Shown: positions 61,745 through 64,000 of the stretch, piece by piece
Numbering within the stretch: position 1 is the first letter of the stretch
Layout of the letters: the number at the start of each line of letters is the position of its first letter
NCBI GenBank assembly: GCA_965204345.1
Contig: OZ241981.1
Span: forward strand, 32,001-96,000
Length of the DNA stretch: 64,000 bases
Source of the DNA: Nitrosopumilus sp.
GTDB lineage: Archaea; Thermoproteota; Nitrososphaeria; Nitrososphaerales; Nitrosopumilaceae
Direction: 5' to 3'
The notes under the pieces: model-generated
Database searches by the model: none
What the model was told of the DNA's origin: nothing
The model's input: only the letters and a program-made list of their open reading frames with translations
Position numbers and translations under genes: made by a program

Positions 61745-62665
61745 ATGGTTAGATCTGTAAACTTTGTTGTTCTAGGCAAGCAGTCCATTGCGTCTGATTT
61801 TGGAAAAAAAGGCACCGAAACTGATCTGACTCTTTATGATAGAAAAGAATCTGAGGTAATCAAGACTTGGGTTGTTCCAACTGGATTTCCTGATAAGATA
61901 CAGCCTCTTCTTCAGGCAATTAATTTGGCAGAATATGTAATACTGCATGTTGAAAAACTAGACAAGTTTACAGGAGAGCAGATCATTGCACTTGATCTGT
62001 TAAAAAAAGAACATGGGATTCTCTCTCATACTTTTGATGTCGATGAGGCAAAACTGGGTGCCATGATTAAGGGTACTGTTGTGGAGCATTACACAAAAGT
62101 TGATCAGGACAAAATTAAAGAAGAGGCAGACAAGCTAAAGCCCATCACAAACACCAATCCCTCCGAAATGGTAGTTGATCACTGTTTTGATGTCAAGGGA
62201 GTTGGGACCGTAATTTTGGGCAAAGTGACAGGTGGAACTGTAAAGCAGTATGACAATTTGAAACTGTATCCACTTGGAATCAACGTTTTGATAAAATCAA
62301 TTCAAATGCATGATGATCCTGTGGGCGAATCTGCCTGTCCTGCACGCGTTGGATTGGCAGTCAAGGGTGCAAAACCTGATGAGGTTGGACGCGGTGATGT
62401 AATTTCCGGGGAGGGAACAGTTGATGTAAAAACAGAGGTTGTTCTTGATTTTCAAAAAAGCCCCTTTTACAAAAGTGACATTGCTGAAAATCAGGGGTGC
62501 TTGGTCTGCGTCGGATTGCAAATCAAGGCTGCAAAATTCTCCTCAATCTCTCCCTTGAAGCTGGCCTTTGAAAAGCCGGTTGTGTGCAAGGCAGGACAGA
62601 TTGCCGTAATTCTAAAACCTGAGTCCACTACCATTAGAATTCTTGGCAGTGGCAAAATCCAATAA
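61745..62665 (+). CDS. SelB-like / EF-Tu domain protein with degenerate G domain
   Basis: VDHCFDVKGVGTVILG, IKSIQMHD, RVGLAVKG, RGDV; no canonical GxxxxGK(S/T). Confidence 0.85.
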   Translation: MVRSVNFVVLGKQSIASDFGKKGTETDLTLYDRKESEVIKTWVVPTGFPDKIQPLLQAINLAEYVILHVEKLDKFTGEQIIALDLLKKEHGILSHTFDVDEAKLGAMIKGTVVEHYTKVDQDKIKEEADKLKPITNTNPSEMVVDHCFDVKGVGTVILGKVTGGTVKQYDNLKLYPLGINVLIKSIQMHDDPVGESACPARVGLAVKGAKPDEVGRGDVISGEGTVDVKTEVVLDFQKSPFYKSDIAENQGCLVCVGLQIKAAKFSSISPLKLAFEKPVVCKAGQIAVILKPESTTIRILGSGKIQ

Positions 62666-62699
62666 TGAAATTTAATTAAGTGAAACACTGTGACTAAAC

Positions 62700-62822
62700 A
62701 TGGGAAAACCGCTGCGTGCATGCCCTATCTGTCCTCAATGCGGTTCCAAGCGGTTCATTCGGCTTGCCGGAGACCCAGTTACTGTAAAGTGCCGTTTGTG
62801 TGATAGAGTAATTGAAATTTAA
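62700..62822 (+). CDS. Small zinc-ribbon protein (40 aa)
   Basis: Manual translation MGKPLRACPICPQCGSKRFIRLAGDPVTVKCRLCDRVIEI (CPQC...CRLC). Confidence 0.55.
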   Translation: MGKPLRACPICPQCGSKRFIRLAGDPVTVKCRLCDRVIEI

Positions 62823-62849
62823 TTCATAGCCAGTACAGTTATTTGCCAT

Positions 62850-63340
62850 ACTTGCATGTGGCAATAATTTATGGAGTTTCAGAGGCAACCAAGGAATTTC
62901 TTGGAAAGCCTTTAAAACAAATCAAAGAATCAGGTGAAATTGGTAATATTCCACGAGAATCAAAACAAGACCATGATTGAACTGAAGACAAAGTAGGAAA
63001 CAAGTTCAATAGATGGCATAAACAGCAAGTGATAAAGAAGACTAAAGACAGCATGGGCAATAAAACACGCAGAAGCTAAAGGAGAAAATCTGACCTTGGA
63101 AAAACTCTTAGAACTTTTTTGGTAACCTGCATCTTTTTTGCAGAGTGAATAAAGACTTGAAAAAACATGTCACATACAAAAGAAGACTAGATCCCAAATC
63201 TGCACAGATAACTTTTGTTGTAATATCTAAAAAAGGGGGAAATGCAATTAAAGTAAAAAATTAGGGTGCAAAATACTACAACAATCATCACGGTCTTGCA
63301 CCTCAACAATAGGCAGAACTAGTCAAGGCCATAAATTAAA
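62850..63340 (+). pseudogene. Decayed NERD-domain nuclease gene
   Basis: HLFCRVNKDLKKHVTYKRRLDPKSAQITFVVISKKGGNAIKVKN*G...APQQ*A resembles the NERD pattern (QID.VV...G...IEVKNW...P..Q); stops at 63262 and 63310. Confidence 0.55.
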
Positions 63341-64000
63341 CTAAAATCTTCATGATTCAGGCCAAAAGACCTACACTATGAAAATTAAAACTATTTCTAG
63401 AAAAAGAGATTTTCATCTTTAGGCATCTTTGTGCTGAAATGTGCTAAACATTGTGATCCGGATCTTTTTTGCCGGTATGAATTTTGTGAATATTTAGACT
63501 GACAAGTTCAACTAAAGTTATTTATTTATCTAAAAGATGTAACTAGTAAAGGGTTGTAATAAATATAAAAGAAAGATTAGTATATTTTCAAGAGATACAG
63601 AATATTTTTGAAGAACTGGATTTGGACACTTGAAAAAAGAAACGAGTTTTTTAAATTTGAACAAAAAGATAATCCCAAACACTATGAAAAATATCTGCCA
63701 GTCACCACAGTTACATCTGCAATTGAATAAGAAACATGCCCTGTCTTGATGAAATATACAATACCATTAATGCCAATGGAATCACATTTGATATTTTTAG
63801 AAAGGATTGCCAAAAAAAAACTCAGTGAACACGCTAGAAGAAATACTATCGTTTATTATTCTGTTTCCCCTGTCAAGTAGAATTTTCAAAAATATCAATT
63901 AAGAGATTCTTCCCATGTGCCCATATACAGTCAAGCACAATTTGATATACAGAGCGTTTTTTCCAAGTATTTTCAATAATACGGTCCTGGAAAATTCCCC

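Overview
64 kb of an ammonia-oxidising archaeon of the Nitrosopumilaceae (Nitrososphaerota/Thaumarchaeota). The assignment rests on typical thaumarchaeal genes and motifs: TFB, PurP, NreA, DUF6659-like paralogs and 'PxWVKNxAGWW' repeat proteins. Core content includes a branched-chain amino acid ABC transporter (livKGFHM), CBS-TrkH, tatAC, purS/purP, ubiX, msrA, a complete PHA cluster (hydrolase-phaR-phaP / phaE-phaC), birA, ychF, cysS, nadE, ahcY, metG and a SelB-like protein. The standout feature is an AT-rich island of about 11 kb (39125-50157), bounded by a 10-bp direct repeat. It holds a type I R-M locus in which two oppositely oriented hsdS genes flank hsdM/hsdR and share three families of inverted DNA repeats (one 73/74 nt identical). 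The island also carries an intact tyrosine recombinase, a stand-alone HEPN-motif ORF, an intact divergent TATA-binding protein, and unannotated decayed copies of a TBP and an integrase on the other arm. This reads as a candidate archaeal phase-variable (invertible) R-M shufflon with its own basal transcription factor. Also seen: a candidate three-way-junction ncRNA, a CarH-motif B12-binding protein with an unusual N-terminus, a 30-bp tandem repeat upstream of tfb, and many pseudogenes. No tRNA, rRNA or CRISPR array was recognised. All calls are from manual reading; no database searches were run.
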